Positions 1-9,573 of a stretch of 64,000 bases of DNA are shown piece by piece (the stretch's first letter is position 1; each line of letters starts with the position of its first letter). The notes beneath the pieces are model-generated. The model made no database searches. It had not been told where the DNA came from and worked only from the letters and a program-made list of their open reading frames with translations. Made by a program: the position numbers and the translations under genes. The stretch spans positions 50,997-114,996 of IMG/VR virus record IMGVR_UViG_3300045999_011735, one strand, 5' to 3'. Source of the DNA: a virus.

Positions 1-399
1 ACCTGTAGATACAGAAGCAAGTTGTGTATTTTCTGGGATTGTTAATGCATAGCTTAAATCAGGTTGACCTGCTACAATAGGTACTCTTTGGTAAAAGTCA
101 ATTGTAGTAACAGCAGCATAAGATGTTTTAGGGCGGTATCCTAATGAATAGGCCATGTTTAACAAATTCTGTTTTTCAACAGCCGTTAAAACAAAGTTTT
201 CTTGAATTTGGGTATCAGTATAAAACGATAATACATCACCAACATAAGCAGCCATTTCAATAAACATCGTACCAGGGGATGCTTCTGAAAAGTCTGTATA
301 AGTGTTTGGGAAATAATTTTTTGCAAACTCAATAAGGGAAGCCTTAAATTGAGTAAAATTCTTATTTAAATATGATATGTTTTTATTATTGTTTGCCAT
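1..399 (-). CDS. baseplate wedge protein (T4 gp6-like), runs off the left edge
   Basis: Manual translation MANNNKNISYLNKNFTQFKASLIEFAKNYFPNTYTDFSEASPGTMFIEMAAYVGDVLSFY...MAYSLGYRP is typical of a gp6 N-terminus; TAATG overlap with the gp25-like gene. Confidence 0.85.
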   Translation of the reverse strand, partial: MANNNKNISYLNKNFTQFKASLIEFAKNYFPNTYTDFSEASPGTMFIEMAAYVGDVLSFYTDTQIQENFVLTAVEKQNLLNMAYSLGYRPKTSYAAVTTIDFYQRVPIVAGQPDLSYALTIPENTQLASVSTG

Positions 400-815
400 T
401 ACTCAAAATTAACTGTTACTGTGTCTGTTTGTCCTGAAATTAGAATTTGATATATTATTTTAATAACTAAAGAATTACTAACATTATTTGGTTCTTGTGT
501 AAATTCTATATTATTAATTGATATTTCAGGAATATACACTTGAACACTGTCTCTAATACTATCTTCAATATCGCTAAAAGAGGCTTCAGTCATTGGGTTA
601 AATAACTGAGATCTTAAAGTTGTTCCAAAATTAGGATTGTCAATCCTTTCACCTTGGGAGGTTAATATTAGATTAATTAAATTATATTTCAATTGGTCTT
701 TAGTTGAAAAAGTACTATAAAATACACCAGGAGCGTTAAACGGAAGTCTAACGCCTATTGCTGTGTTTCGCTGTAGATCTCTAGGATCAACTCTAGTACT
801 TCTTACGTAAGCCAT
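399..815 (-). CDS. baseplate wedge/sheath initiator, gp25/GPW-like
   Basis: NLINLILTSQGERIDNPNFGTTLRSQLF motif; next to the gp6-like gene. Confidence 0.9.
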   Translation of the reverse strand: MAYVRSTRVDPRDLQRNTAIGVRLPFNAPGVFYSTFSTKDQLKYNLINLILTSQGERIDNPNFGTTLRSQLFNPMTEASFSDIEDSIRDSVQVYIPEISINNIEFTQEPNNVSNSLVIKIIYQILISGQTDTVTVNFE

Positions 816-1141
816 TATTGAACATTTCTAAAATTACTAACTTCACCTGGATTTTGTCTCATTTCTGCAGCAACTTGAGCCAGCATGTTTTGGTAAACAT
901 TTTGTTTTTGAGCTGGTGTAGTTGGTTTGGCTTGTGGCGCTCCTTGCATTCCCATTTGATCCATCAAACTTTGACGGAAAGCAGCAGGGTTAACATTTTT
1001 AGTAGTTAAATTAACTGTAGGCCATTCCTCAGTAGCAGCTAATGATTCCTGGATTTTTTGTTTGCCGATATTGGCTAGTTCTTCTTTCAAAACTTCCCTA
1101 ACGGCTTCTTTAATTAGATTTTTTAAGTCTTGTGTTTTCAT
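815..1141 (-). CDS. hypothetical protein (LKNLIKEAVREVLKEE N-terminus)
   Basis: ORF coupled to neighbour; ATATTTAT just upstream. Confidence 0.75.
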   Translation of the reverse strand: MKTQDLKNLIKEAVREVLKEELANIGKQKIQESLAATEEWPTVNLTTKNVNPAAFRQSLMDQMGMQGAPQAKPTTPAQKQNVYQNMLAQVAAEMRQNPGEVSNFRNVQ

Positions 1142-1152
1142 ATCAATAAATA

Positions 1153-2460
1153 TTAAGCTTCGAGATTTCGTTCGTCGATTTGGAGTTTTAAATCTTCAAT
1201 TAAAACATCAGAATTTAATGTAAATGATGGTTGTGTACGTAATACGATAAATCCACTTCTATCTAAAGCAACAGCATATCTACGTTTATTTCCATCTACT
1301 ACAAATTTAGGATCATTTTCTTCATATATTGCAAAAGTAAATCCTTTATATGAAACATTAGGTACTGCACCTAATTGACCACCACCTTCTAACTGTGCTA
1401 CTAATGCATTAATTTCATTTGGTGATAAGTCATTGTCAATTGCTTTATCAATAATATCGCTAATTGGTAATAATCTTGATTTTTGGTATTGTACTTCAAT
1501 TACTAATCCATTTAATGCTTCTCTAGTAATTCCTAACATTACTGTTATAGAATCTAATGTCATTATAGCATCTGTTATTTTTTTAACAGTACCCGGAGTT
1601 GCTGGGGTAGGGATTAATAATAGTATTCTAACAACTATAGAAATAATTCTTAATATTCTTTCTAAAGTTCTAATTGTATTTCTAATTTTAGTAATTTGAC
1701 GTTCAGCTTTATTTAATTCAACTAAAGCAGCATTTCGTACTACCCTTGCTCTTAATACATCCTGTTTAGTTTGAATATTTAAAATTTGTTCGTTTACTCT
1801 ATCAACTAAATCAGTTAATTGCTGTACTATTTTAGCTAATCGCTGAACTTCTCTATTCAATAATTTAGATATGATAAATAGAGCTGCGGCTTTAGCTAAT
1901 GATCTAATTGCTGAACTATTTTTCTTTGCAATTGCTCTAGCATCATTTATTTTAATTTTTTTAACATCTTGTTTAACAATAGTATCACTTTTCCTTTCAG
2001 ATGCTTCTACTGTTTGTTTTAATTCTCTTTTCCTAAATATATTTCCTACTCTTCTTGTAAGATCATCTACTTTAGTTTGAACAGCTTCTAAAAATTTAGT
2101 AAGTTGTTGAACTTCTTTTTCTGCTTTTTTCTTTTTTTCCTCTGCAACTTTTAACTTTTTATCGGCTTCATTTGATAAATTTTGTCTTATTTGTTCTGAA
2201 TTTGCTCCTGGTTGGTTAGCTTGTTGGTTGAATGTTGCTGGGTCTGGAGCAAGAGTAGCAGCAGCAGCTAAAGCAGCATCAGCAGATAATTGTTTGTTAC
2301 TTAAAGTACCAGCATATGATTTAGCTTGTATAGCAGCTGCTTTAGCTTGTTCATATAGTGCTTTAGCATTTTCATACCTACGTCTTCCCTCTTCGTATAG
2401 TTTACGATTTTCCTCTATCTCTTTTTGAGTATTTTCTATCCTTTCATCAATAGTAGCCAT
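1153..2460 (-). CDS. long coiled-coil protein, probably structural
   Basis: 435 aa helical, Ala/Lys/Glu-rich; in the baseplate block. Confidence 0.6.
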   Translation of the reverse strand: MATIDERIENTQKEIEENRKLYEEGRRRYENAKALYEQAKAAAIQAKSYAGTLSNKQLSADAALAAAATLAPDPATFNQQANQPGANSEQIRQNLSNEADKKLKVAEEKKKKAEKEVQQLTKFLEAVQTKVDDLTRRVGNIFRKRELKQTVEASERKSDTIVKQDVKKIKINDARAIAKKNSSAIRSLAKAAALFIISKLLNREVQRLAKIVQQLTDLVDRVNEQILNIQTKQDVLRARVVRNAALVELNKAERQITKIRNTIRTLERILRIISIVVRILLLIPTPATPGTVKKITDAIMTLDSITVMLGITREALNGLVIEVQYQKSRLLPISDIIDKAIDNDLSPNEINALVAQLEGGGQLGAVPNVSYKGFTFAIYEENDPKFVVDGNKRRYAVALDRSGFIVLRTQPSFTLNSDVLIEDLKLQIDERNLEA

Positions 2461-3668
2461 TATAAGGTCTTTACAGTTTTAGAAAGTAAATTATCTTTAT
2501 TTAACTTTTTAGTATTATTACTAAGATATGTTTGTAATTTTTCGGCAGCTAAAGCTATATCCATAATAGTTATACCTTCAGGAGTAGCCTTAGCATCAAT
2601 TATATCAGTGCTAAAATCACTTAATGCCTTATATAATCCAGATAAAAGTTGTCTTAAATTATTTCCTAAAACAACAGGTTGAAGTTTATTAAATGAAGTA
2701 TCTATTGATGGTCCTAAAGCAATAATATTATCTTGTATAGTTATTCCTGTTTTATCACTTTGCATATAAACAGGACCTTGAGAATATAATTCAACACCTG
2801 TTCTACCAAATACTAATACTTCATCTGATTTAGAAGAAATAATAGTTCTATCAGCATTTATAATTGCTTGAGGATTTGAATAGGAAGATATACCAATAGG
2901 TTCAGTAATATTACTTAAACGTACGTTACCTATATTTAAAGGAACAATTTGTTGAGATGTTAAGTAAAATGAAGATCCATCTTGGTTAATATTTTCAACG
3001 TATAAATCAGAACCTGAAGGTTTAAATCCATGTTCATTTGAAAGAATAAGAATAGGATTACTATTTAATTCTCCTGGGTTGGTAGACCATGGTGTTAAAT
3101 CTTTATCTCCTGATCTATTTGTACTTCCAAAACGAAGTGAATTTCCAAATCGACCTTCTAAAACATAGTCACCTTCAAATGTTTGTACTCCTCTAAAATC
3201 AGAATTTTGTGTAAATGAATTATATAATAAATCTTTATTTTCATTAATAAATAATCCGTTAAATTGAGGGCTATTCCATGCATTAATTACACTTAAGTAA
3301 TAAGTTTCTTCTGTTTTATTTGTAATAGGAGAAGGTGCTGATGGTAAATCCATCAACAATACTATTTCACCTGGTAATGGGAAATACTTTTGGTTTGGAT
3401 ATAAAGGTAAAGCAGTAGGTAACGTAGCAAGAGTAGCATCATTCAACTGATCCAAAGGAATTTCAGTTGATTCATCATATATTTGATACAATATAGTTCC
3501 TACACCAGCCCAACCACCATTAGCATCCCATACTTTTTCAGGGACACTAGTTGGGCCTAATATAACAGCATAAACCTTTCCTGTCTTAAATTGAAAAGGA
3601 GGCAAAAAGTTATTATTACCAATAGAGGTAGTAATAAACGATAGACCTTCTCTTATTCTAGTACTCAT
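2460..3668 (-). CDS. baseplate hub/central spike (gp5/VgrG-like)
   Basis: N-terminal OB-like PLPGEIVLL, EGDYVLEGRFGNSLRFG, C-terminal beta repeats and QPVVLG. Confidence 0.7.
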   Translation of the reverse strand: MSTRIREGLSFITTSIGNNNFLPPFQFKTGKVYAVILGPTSVPEKVWDANGGWAGVGTILYQIYDESTEIPLDQLNDATLATLPTALPLYPNQKYFPLPGEIVLLMDLPSAPSPITNKTEETYYLSVINAWNSPQFNGLFINENKDLLYNSFTQNSDFRGVQTFEGDYVLEGRFGNSLRFGSTNRSGDKDLTPWSTNPGELNSNPILILSNEHGFKPSGSDLYVENINQDGSSFYLTSQQIVPLNIGNVRLSNITEPIGISSYSNPQAIINADRTIISSKSDEVLVFGRTGVELYSQGPVYMQSDKTGITIQDNIIALGPSIDTSFNKLQPVVLGNNLRQLLSGLYKALSDFSTDIIDAKATPEGITIMDIALAAEKLQTYLSNNTKKLNKDNLLSKTVKTL

Positions 3669-3669
3669 A

Positions 3670-4023
3670 TTAGTTATTTGTAGGTCCGCTAATGTTGTCT
3701 CCTACTTCTTTTACAGCAGAAAACAATTGTTCTTTTTCAGCCTCACTTAAAATATAACTAGCAGCTTCATCACTATTACTAGATAATGCACGCTGAACAA
3801 TACCTGCTAATTTAACAAGTTGTTCATCATTTTTAACACTAATATTAAGGTGCTCAGCAATTAAAGGAACAATCATAAGAGCCGATTGAGCGTCACTGAC
3901 CAATGGTTTAAGAGTCTCAATTAGGTCTCTAATTTGCTTTTCTTTATCCTTAGAATTGGTATATATGTCCTTGAGTAAATCAGAAAACTTTTTACTGCCC
4001 CACATTACTTGATCAAAATTCAT
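3670..4023 (-). CDS. conserved hypothetical phage protein
   Basis: ORF; KNDEQLVKLAGIVQR. Confidence 0.7.
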   Translation of the reverse strand: MNFDQVMWGSKKFSDLLKDIYTNSKDKEKQIRDLIETLKPLVSDAQSALMIVPLIAEHLNISVKNDEQLVKLAGIVQRALSSNSDEAASYILSEAEKEQLFSAVKEVGDNISGPTNN

Positions 4024-4062
4024 TGTCTAATTTTTGACTATAAATATAGAAGCAGTAAAAGT

Positions 4063-4866
4063 TTATATATTTACATACCCCTGTTCGTAATATGAATTAT
4101 ATAATTGAACATAAACAACCTTTAACTTTTTAATTATTTTAGTGATTTGGGGTGTTTCAACATCAACCATCTCACGTATATAAATGTAAAGGGCTTTTTT
4201 ATTGAATATGTCTAATGATTCACATTTACGAAATAGCTCCATTATAGCATCAGCTGTTTTAGCATCATTTTCTTTAGGGAATAATTTATTAAGATTTTTA
4301 TCTATATACTTAATATACAATCCCATGAACTCTGTAAGGCTATAGTCTTGGCTATAATGCTCATTTAGTGTTTCTTCTTTAATTTTTTTATCATCATCTA
4401 CTTCGGCCAAGTCACCTTTGTCTTGTAGTTTTTGATAATTTTTCTTATTTTTAAGGATAAGGTAACGCTTTGCAATAGTACCAAAATATGAATAAGCTTT
4501 ACCTTTATGTGGTTTATAAAGCTTAAGTTTTTCAAGTAAAAATGCAATTACTTCCTGCTGCATATCTTCTACGGATTCACCATCCATATAATAAAACTTA
4601 AACGTATGAATAATATTTTGGGTTAATTTAAAAAACCCATACTCAATACGTTCGCGATACACAGTATTTCTAAACTCCTGGTCATCTGAGGCTACATATT
4701 CCACAATAGCGTTTTGAGTATCCTCAGTAAAATAAGTATTAGATGTTTTAGGTTTACGTTTGCGTACTTTTCCAGATTTAGTATACTCGACAGTTACTAA
4801 ATTATCTTCTACTAGAAGACTATTGGTTTGGTTGTTGTCCACGCTTTTTATTAATGTTAAAGTCAT
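4063..4866 (-). CDS. phage sigma-70-like transcription factor (candidate late sigma)
   Basis: Region-2-like EDMQQEVIAFLLEKLKLYKPHKGKAYSYFGTIAKRYLI; C-terminal HTH-like segment; true start may be downstream. Confidence 0.7.
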   Translation of the reverse strand: MTLTLIKSVDNNQTNSLLVEDNLVTVEYTKSGKVRKRKPKTSNTYFTEDTQNAIVEYVASDDQEFRNTVYRERIEYGFFKLTQNIIHTFKFYYMDGESVEDMQQEVIAFLLEKLKLYKPHKGKAYSYFGTIAKRYLILKNKKNYQKLQDKGDLAEVDDDKKIKEETLNEHYSQDYSLTEFMGLYIKYIDKNLNKLFPKENDAKTADAIMELFRKCESLDIFNKKALYIYIREMVDVETPQITKIIKKLKVVYVQLYNSYYEQGYVNI

Positions 4867-5128
4867 TTAATTCGCTTTGTAATGTTTTTACACTCTCAAA
4901 GAACCAACCAATTTCATCATCAGAATGAAACGTACCTTTAGCATCTATATCTTCCAAACGTCTATTAGTATTATTTACAGCATTAGAAAAAAGGGCAATA
5001 TATTGATCTTGTGAATCAACAATTTTTTCCAACTTTTCTACTTTTTTAAATAAATTATAAGACACATATCCCGAAATAGAAGCCAAAGCCGATAAAATAA
5101 TAATTGTTATAATCATAATTAGTTCCAT
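4820..5128 (-). CDS. membrane-anchored coiled-coil protein
   Basis: N-terminal hydrophobic helix followed by coiled coil. Confidence 0.65.
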   Translation of the reverse strand: MELIMIITIIILSALASISGYVSYNLFKKVEKLEKIVDSQDQYIALFSNAVNNTNRRLEDIDAKGTFHSDDEIGWFFESVKTLQSELNDFNINKKRGQQPNQ

Positions 5129-5325
5129 TCATCGTTTTCAATAGAAATATTATCCTGCAACTGTTGAAGTAACGTTTTAATCATTTCTAATCTAGCATTA
5201 ACTTGTTGAAGTGAACCTCCACGATTCAAATCAATTTCTAATGCACGTAATTGATGTTCAAGTTTTTCGATTTTTGAAAGTGCTTGTTGTTTATATTTCA
5301 TAAAATATTTTTTAAGTATTATCAC
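5119..5325 (-). CDS. hypothetical coiled-coil protein
   Basis: ORF; start probably at internal MKYKQ. Confidence 0.6.
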   Translation of the reverse strand: MIILKKYFMKYKQQALSKIEKLEHQLRALEIDLNRGGSLQQVNARLEMIKTLLQQLQDNISIENDEWN

Positions 5326-5465
5326 AATATACGACCTTTATTTTCAATAACCAAGTTTTCAACGCCCTATTTTTAGAGCGATTTTACCCTTACTCCTCAA
5401 TAAATACGTATATACACGCATTTTAACAAGAAAGATAGCCTAAAAGGTTTTTACACACTTTAGAC

Positions 5466-5732
5466 TTAACGACGAGACGCCTCAACCATTTGTTTGAGGT
5501 TAATTTTCTTAATTGGATACGAAAAAGTCTTCTTATCAATCAACTTATCAAGCAATTGTATCTCAATTGGATTATCAGTTATAAAGATACATTTATCATC
5601 AGCACCATCACCAGGAATATCAATAAAATTTTGAGTATTAAGCTTAGTACCAGGTTTAACCTGACCAAGAAAATCATTCATTTTGTTAGTGAAGGCTGCT
5701 TTATCGCGATCGCGCATTAAATATTCTGCCAT
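5466..5732 (-). CDS. hypothetical protein
   Basis: ORF with ATATTTAT upstream. Confidence 0.65.
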   Translation of the reverse strand: MAEYLMRDRDKAAFTNKMNDFLGQVKPGTKLNTQNFIDIPGDGADDKCIFITDNPIEIQLLDKLIDKKTFSYPIKKINLKQMVEASRR

Positions 5733-5777
5733 GATATAATTTTGAGTATATACTGGATATAAATATATGAAAGGACT

Positions 5778-5969
5778 TTAGGTACCGTGCTTTTTGGATT
5801 TGCGCTTATGTTTATCCAATTCAAACTTATAATAACGAATATTATTACCCTTAGCAGAGAAAAATTCCTTAATTTCCGGCTTACCATAATTAGTCTCAAT
5901 ATTCATAACCAACTCGGGACTAATAGTATGGATATAATCAACAGTAAATTGAGAATAAATAAGAATCAT
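5778..5969 (-). CDS. hypothetical protein
   Basis: ORF abutting the GIY-YIG gene. Confidence 0.5.
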   Translation of the reverse strand: MILIYSQFTVDYIHTISPELVMNIETNYGKPEIKEFFSAKGNNIRYYKFELDKHKRKSKKHGT

Positions 5970-6440
5970 CTAAATACCAGCATTGTTTTCACCAATAATA
6001 CGAATAATAACATCCTCAGCCATCTTGGGAGTAACGGCAAACCCCTCCTTATTAACGTGATACTCCCACAATTGTGTATGGACCATACCCTCAATATGCG
6101 ATGGGGCCTTACAAGCAAATGAATTAATAATATACCACGGGGTAATAACACCCGTACCACCATTAATTTCTTTTAAACGCGATTGGGGTGTACGATCCGT
6201 ATATCCAATTTTTAATATACCTGGTTGTCCTTTATTTTCCAACACGTATATATAACCTTCATTAAATGATAATTGGGCATCAAAACTGTGTCGCTTAATC
6301 CAATAATGAACAAGTTCAAATTCTGGATCATGTGGATCTGGTGTAAGTGTATAGGCATTGGCATATACAACGGATTCACCTTCATTTTTAGGGTAATACT
6401 CGCGTTTAGCCTCCTCCATTGTGATAAGCTTTATCATCAT
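5970..6440 (-). CDS. GIY-YIG / T5orf172-domain protein
   Basis: GYIYVLEN...LKIGYTDRTPQSRLKEIN...IEGMVH...KEGF. Confidence 0.85.
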   Translation of the reverse strand: MMIKLITMEEAKREYYPKNEGESVVYANAYTLTPDPHDPEFELVHYWIKRHSFDAQLSFNEGYIYVLENKGQPGILKIGYTDRTPQSRLKEINGGTGVITPWYIINSFACKAPSHIEGMVHTQLWEYHVNKEGFAVTPKMAEDVIIRIIGENNAGI

Positions 6441-6655
6441 AAGATAATACCTTTAACTACTACGTGCGTAGATGGGTTTAAAACAAATTTAGCATCTTCA
6501 TGTGGACCATAATACCAAGCTTCATTTACATTCAAGGCAATTTCTTTTTCCTCACCTATAACAACATCACAATATCCACCTTCGTATCCATTAGTGAATA
6601 CATGTAAATCGGGATCTAGCTGTTGTAATTGTTGGATTAATTCTTTAATGGTCAT
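6437..6655 (-). CDS. small phage protein (MTIKELIQQL family)
   Basis: common phage small-protein N-terminus; GYEGG motif. Confidence 0.7.
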   Translation of the reverse strand: MTIKELIQQLQQLDPDLHVFTNGYEGGYCDVVIGEEKEIALNVNEAWYYGPHEDAKFVLNPSTHVVVKGIIL

Positions 6656-6867
6656 TTTCTAAATTTAGAGATGAAAAAATCAAAACAAAATAACCAATCA
6701 AACATGATTGCTCGTGGAATACTAGAAACATACAAATCAAATGTAAGTGGTTGTTCAAAAACCTCTGCCTTAATAGATGCATAACGAAATGCTCCTAATG
6801 TTGAGGCAATTAAAACATAAACTAAAAGTACTAATTTTAATGTTTCCATGATTTTTAATTTAGACAT
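6652..6867 (-). CDS. small membrane protein
   Basis: hydrophobic N-terminus; start likely at METLK. Confidence 0.55.
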   Translation of the reverse strand: MSKLKIMETLKLVLLVYVLIASTLGAFRYASIKAEVFEQPLTFDLYVSSIPRAIMFDWLFCFDFFISKFRK

Positions 6868-7158
6868 TAATTTACGTATATACGCTTGGTTTCCAAAAAA
6901 AGATTGTCAAAAGAAAGGTTTCACCCCCTATAGATATTTGGCGAAAGGGGTATAATGGATTTTGTGGAGCCAAAATCTAGCAATATTTTGTTGGATATTT
7001 GTATATATGCGCGCCTTGGGTAAAGATCGTAGTTTATCTGTGAGTACGGGGCAGGCCGCGACATATATGCGGCCCGTCGATGGACCGCTATTGCCGTGGG
7101 GTCATAACGATAGCGGAGCGCTATCGCCCCGCTATCGAGTATCCTTATTTTCTTTTTT

Positions 7159-7440
7159 TTATACCATTAACGGATTTGCCGCTACGATATTGTCAATTAA
7201 CTTATAATCACTATGACCATTATATAATTGATCATCAATTTGTATTGCAATGCCTAAGTTATTCTGTATACAATCATCTAATACAGTCAGTACTGATAAC
7301 ATATCATAATTACTTAAGTCCATTTCAACATAATATATGTTATTAACTGCATCATCAATTTCAATATTAAATCCTAGTTTCTGATATTCAGATAATACTT
7401 TGTAATTGGCATCTACAAATGCAAACATTAACTTTTTCAT
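7159..7440 (-). CDS. hypothetical early protein
   Basis: ORF with AAAAGTTATG leader and own promoter. Confidence 0.7.
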   Translation of the reverse strand: MKKLMFAFVDANYKVLSEYQKLGFNIEIDDAVNNIYYVEMDLSNYDMLSVLTVLDDCIQNNLGIAIQIDDQLYNGHSDYKLIDNIVAANPLMV

Positions 7441-7631
7441 AACTTTTAATTTTAATTATTTAATCATTTTAACATGTTAAATATAATAAATTTAGTTATG
7501 TTTATTGAGGAACTCTTGTGATTAATTTGCTTCTACCTTTACACCCATATCCGTTTGTAGCACAGCTGGTTAATCCAGATAATAGAGCTAACATTACAAT
7601 TATTAACAGTATTACTTGATGTGGCTTCATC

Positions 7632-7832
7632 TTATTTAATTTTATAAATTAATCGTTTAAGGTCATTTACTTCTTCCTTTTGTTCCTCTATAATCACGAA
7701 ACATAGGAACACGACTGCCATTAGTAAGGTGATGAACATGAATGTTAGATCTAAATTGGTTTTAGCTGTAAACATTAAATACAATGCTAACACCCCTAAT
7801 ACTACACTGATAATACCATTTACTATTTTCAT
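7632..7832 (-). CDS. small two-TM membrane protein
   Basis: two hydrophobic helices; own promoter. Confidence 0.7.
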   Translation of the reverse strand: MKIVNGIISVVLGVLALYLMFTAKTNLDLTFMFITLLMAVVFLCFVIIEEQKEEVNDLKRLIYKIK

Positions 7833-7890
7833 ACTTATTAATTTTATAAATTAAATATAAGGAGGGGAATTGTGTTCCCCTCCTATTCCG

Positions 7891-8136
7891 TTATATTCCA
7901 AATTTAGCTCTTGTTTCAACGTATTCATTATACAATCCACCTCGTTGATATATTACACCCAAGGCACTTAATAGCACTTTTGAAGTGCATTTATGACTTA
8001 TCCCCATAAAATCACATACTTGTCTTTTGACATTAACGTAATTGGGGGCAAGGTGTTGTTTGTGTTTAATGTGCATTATAGTATCTAACAATAATGCTTT
8101 CACTTGCAGGCGATTGAATGTTACTGTTTGTTCCAT
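7891..8136 (-). CDS. hypothetical early protein
   Basis: ORF with own promoter. Confidence 0.7.
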   Translation of the reverse strand: MEQTVTFNRLQVKALLLDTIMHIKHKQHLAPNYVNVKRQVCDFMGISHKCTSKVLLSALGVIYQRGGLYNEYVETRAKFGI

Positions 8137-8187
8137 ACGTTTTAATTTTATAAATTAAATATAACACAGTTTGTTGGGTTAACAAAT

Positions 8188-8209
8188 GGACCCCCTAGAA
8201 AGGGGGTCC
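8188..8209. terminator. intrinsic terminator-like hairpin
   Basis: GGACCCCCT-AGAA-AGGGGGTCC perfect stem just after a stop codon. Confidence 0.7.
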
Positions 8210-8213
8210 GTAA

Positions 8214-8423
8214 TTAAAAATTAAAAGTATGAACAGTCTTTATTTGGCCATGATTCCAGTCTTCCATTATTTGATTTGCTCGATCAATTCCGTCTCTACT
8301 TCTACACATTCTAGACACGTTCAATTGTTTCATCCATTCCTGGAATTTAGGGTCCAGTTGTGTTTGTAGTCGTTCTTGTTCAAGCCGTTCCCATTGTTCA
8401 ATGGTAATGTCTTTTATGTTCAT
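8214..8423 (-). CDS. hypothetical early protein (start revised to MNIKD)
   Basis: AAAAGTTATG leader at 8423 with promoter upstream. Confidence 0.7.
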   Translation of the reverse strand: MNIKDITIEQWERLEQERLQTQLDPKFQEWMKQLNVSRMCRSRDGIDRANQIMEDWNHGQIKTVHTFNF

Positions 8424-8457
8424 AACTTTTAATTTAAATAAAGATATGAAGAGGGGT

Positions 8458-8772
8458 TTAGTTCCCCTCTTCGTCCAAATAATTTCCAAGTACACCTTCA
8501 ACCACACGTTTAATTTTATTGTCATCAAACTCAATACTTGTTAACTCCACCTCACGATAATTCATTTCCAACTCATAATCACTAAGTACATCTGTACCCC
8601 AACTACTAAATTCGTTTTGGAGTGCCTCCACAACGTCATCAATAATCTCTTTAGTGATACCTCCACCATTCAACTCATTTACCCATTTAATTACTTCACT
8701 TACTGGTACGTAAGCAATCTTTACTAATTCATCTGATGATTGGAGCTTGTCCAATAATTGTTGTTTTGTCAT
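8458..8772 (-). CDS. acidic hypothetical early protein
   Basis: ORF with AAGGTTATG leader and promoter. Confidence 0.75.
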   Translation of the reverse strand: MTKQQLLDKLQSSDELVKIAYVPVSEVIKWVNELNGGGITKEIIDDVVEALQNEFSSWGTDVLSDYELEMNYREVELTSIEFDDNKIKRVVEGVLGNYLDEEGN

Positions 8773-8837
8773 AACCTTGATTTTTAATTTTTAATTAATC
8801 AAATTAACAAGTTAAATATACACAAAAAAATTGTGTT

Positions 8838-9023
8838 TCAAAATGTTTCCCTAATTAATACTTCCACTCTAGCTTGTGTGTACTTTGCTTTTACATTTTC
8901 ATACATCTCCATTGCTTCAATTAGTTGTGTTCTTACTGTACCTGATTGAAACTCATTATCAACCTTAATGTAATAGGTAACATCACCTATTGTATTAAAT
9001 TCTTTAACTAATTCAATTGTCAT
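8838..9023 (-). CDS. hypothetical early protein
   Basis: ORF with leader and promoter. Confidence 0.7.
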   Translation of the reverse strand: MTIELVKEFNTIGDVTYYIKVDNEFQSGTVRTQLIEAMEMYENVKAKYTQARVEVLIRETF

Positions 9024-9084
9024 AACTTTTAATTTTATAAAATAAAGATATGTAAAATAATTATGTTTACAAGCTGAAAATTTG

Positions 9085-9115
9085 TTTGGAAACCAAATAA
9101 TCTTTTTTACATTTA
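9085..9115 (+). promoter_or_regulatory. Bacteroidota-type promoter on the plus strand
   Basis: TTTG-gaaaccaa...(19 nt)-TACATTTA; same consensus as the minus-strand early promoters. Confidence 0.7.
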
Positions 9116-9120
9116 CATTG

Positions 9121-9200
9121 TCATTTGGACGGGCGCCCTATGAAATGGGTGGAGGGATCAGAGGTAGGCTGCCTAAGACGTCTTCCACTATCCCCAAAAT
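9121..9200. ncRNA. candidate small structured RNA between convergent promoters
   Basis: GC-rich island; GTGGAGG pairs with CTTCCAC, TAGG/CCTA hairpin, TTTGG/CCAAA ends. Confidence 0.45.
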
Positions 9201-9210
9201 AAAATTGGTC

Positions 9211-9242
9211 TAAAATTACGAATAAGAATTTGGTTTCCCAAA
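9211..9242 (-). promoter_or_regulatory. Bacteroidota-type promoter facing the plus-strand promoter
   Basis: TTTG-ggaaaccaa...(20 nt)-TAATTTTA on the minus strand. Confidence 0.65.
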
Positions 9243-9321
9243 TCATACCAGGACAACAAAAGACCCAGTTCATTAATTAAAACGAACCGGGTCTAGTTGA
9301 TAACCCCTAAATTACCAACAA

Positions 9322-9573
9322 TTAAGCCACTTCTGTTGTGGCTTGTTTCTTTGGGCGTCCACGCTTCACAACTTCACCATTTGCAATTCGTTCTGCAAAC
9401 GCTGCGAGACGTTGCTGGCGTGCACTGTTTTCATTTGGTTTACGTCCACGTTGAACACTTAATCCTTGCTCTGCCAATGCGGCACGAGTTGCAAGTTTCA
9501 ACTGACGAGCGCTGTTAGGATTTACCTTACGTCCACGCTGTTTTGTTTCGGTTGTCTGAATTGTTGTTTCCAT
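9322..9573 (-). CDS. small basic AT-hook-like DNA-binding protein
   Basis: QRGRKVNPNSARQ and QRGRKPNENSARQ duplication plus KRGRPKK. Confidence 0.7.
   Translation of the reverse strand: METTIQTTETKQRGRKVNPNSARQLKLATRAALAEQGLSVQRGRKPNENSARQQRLAAFAERIANGEVVKRGRPKKQATTEVA

Noticed and set aside
5717-6163. Alternative-frame minus-strand ORFs 5717..5899 and 5966..6163 (also 25333..25572, 44186..44383, 46775..46960)
   Set aside because: Nested in or overlapping better-supported genes
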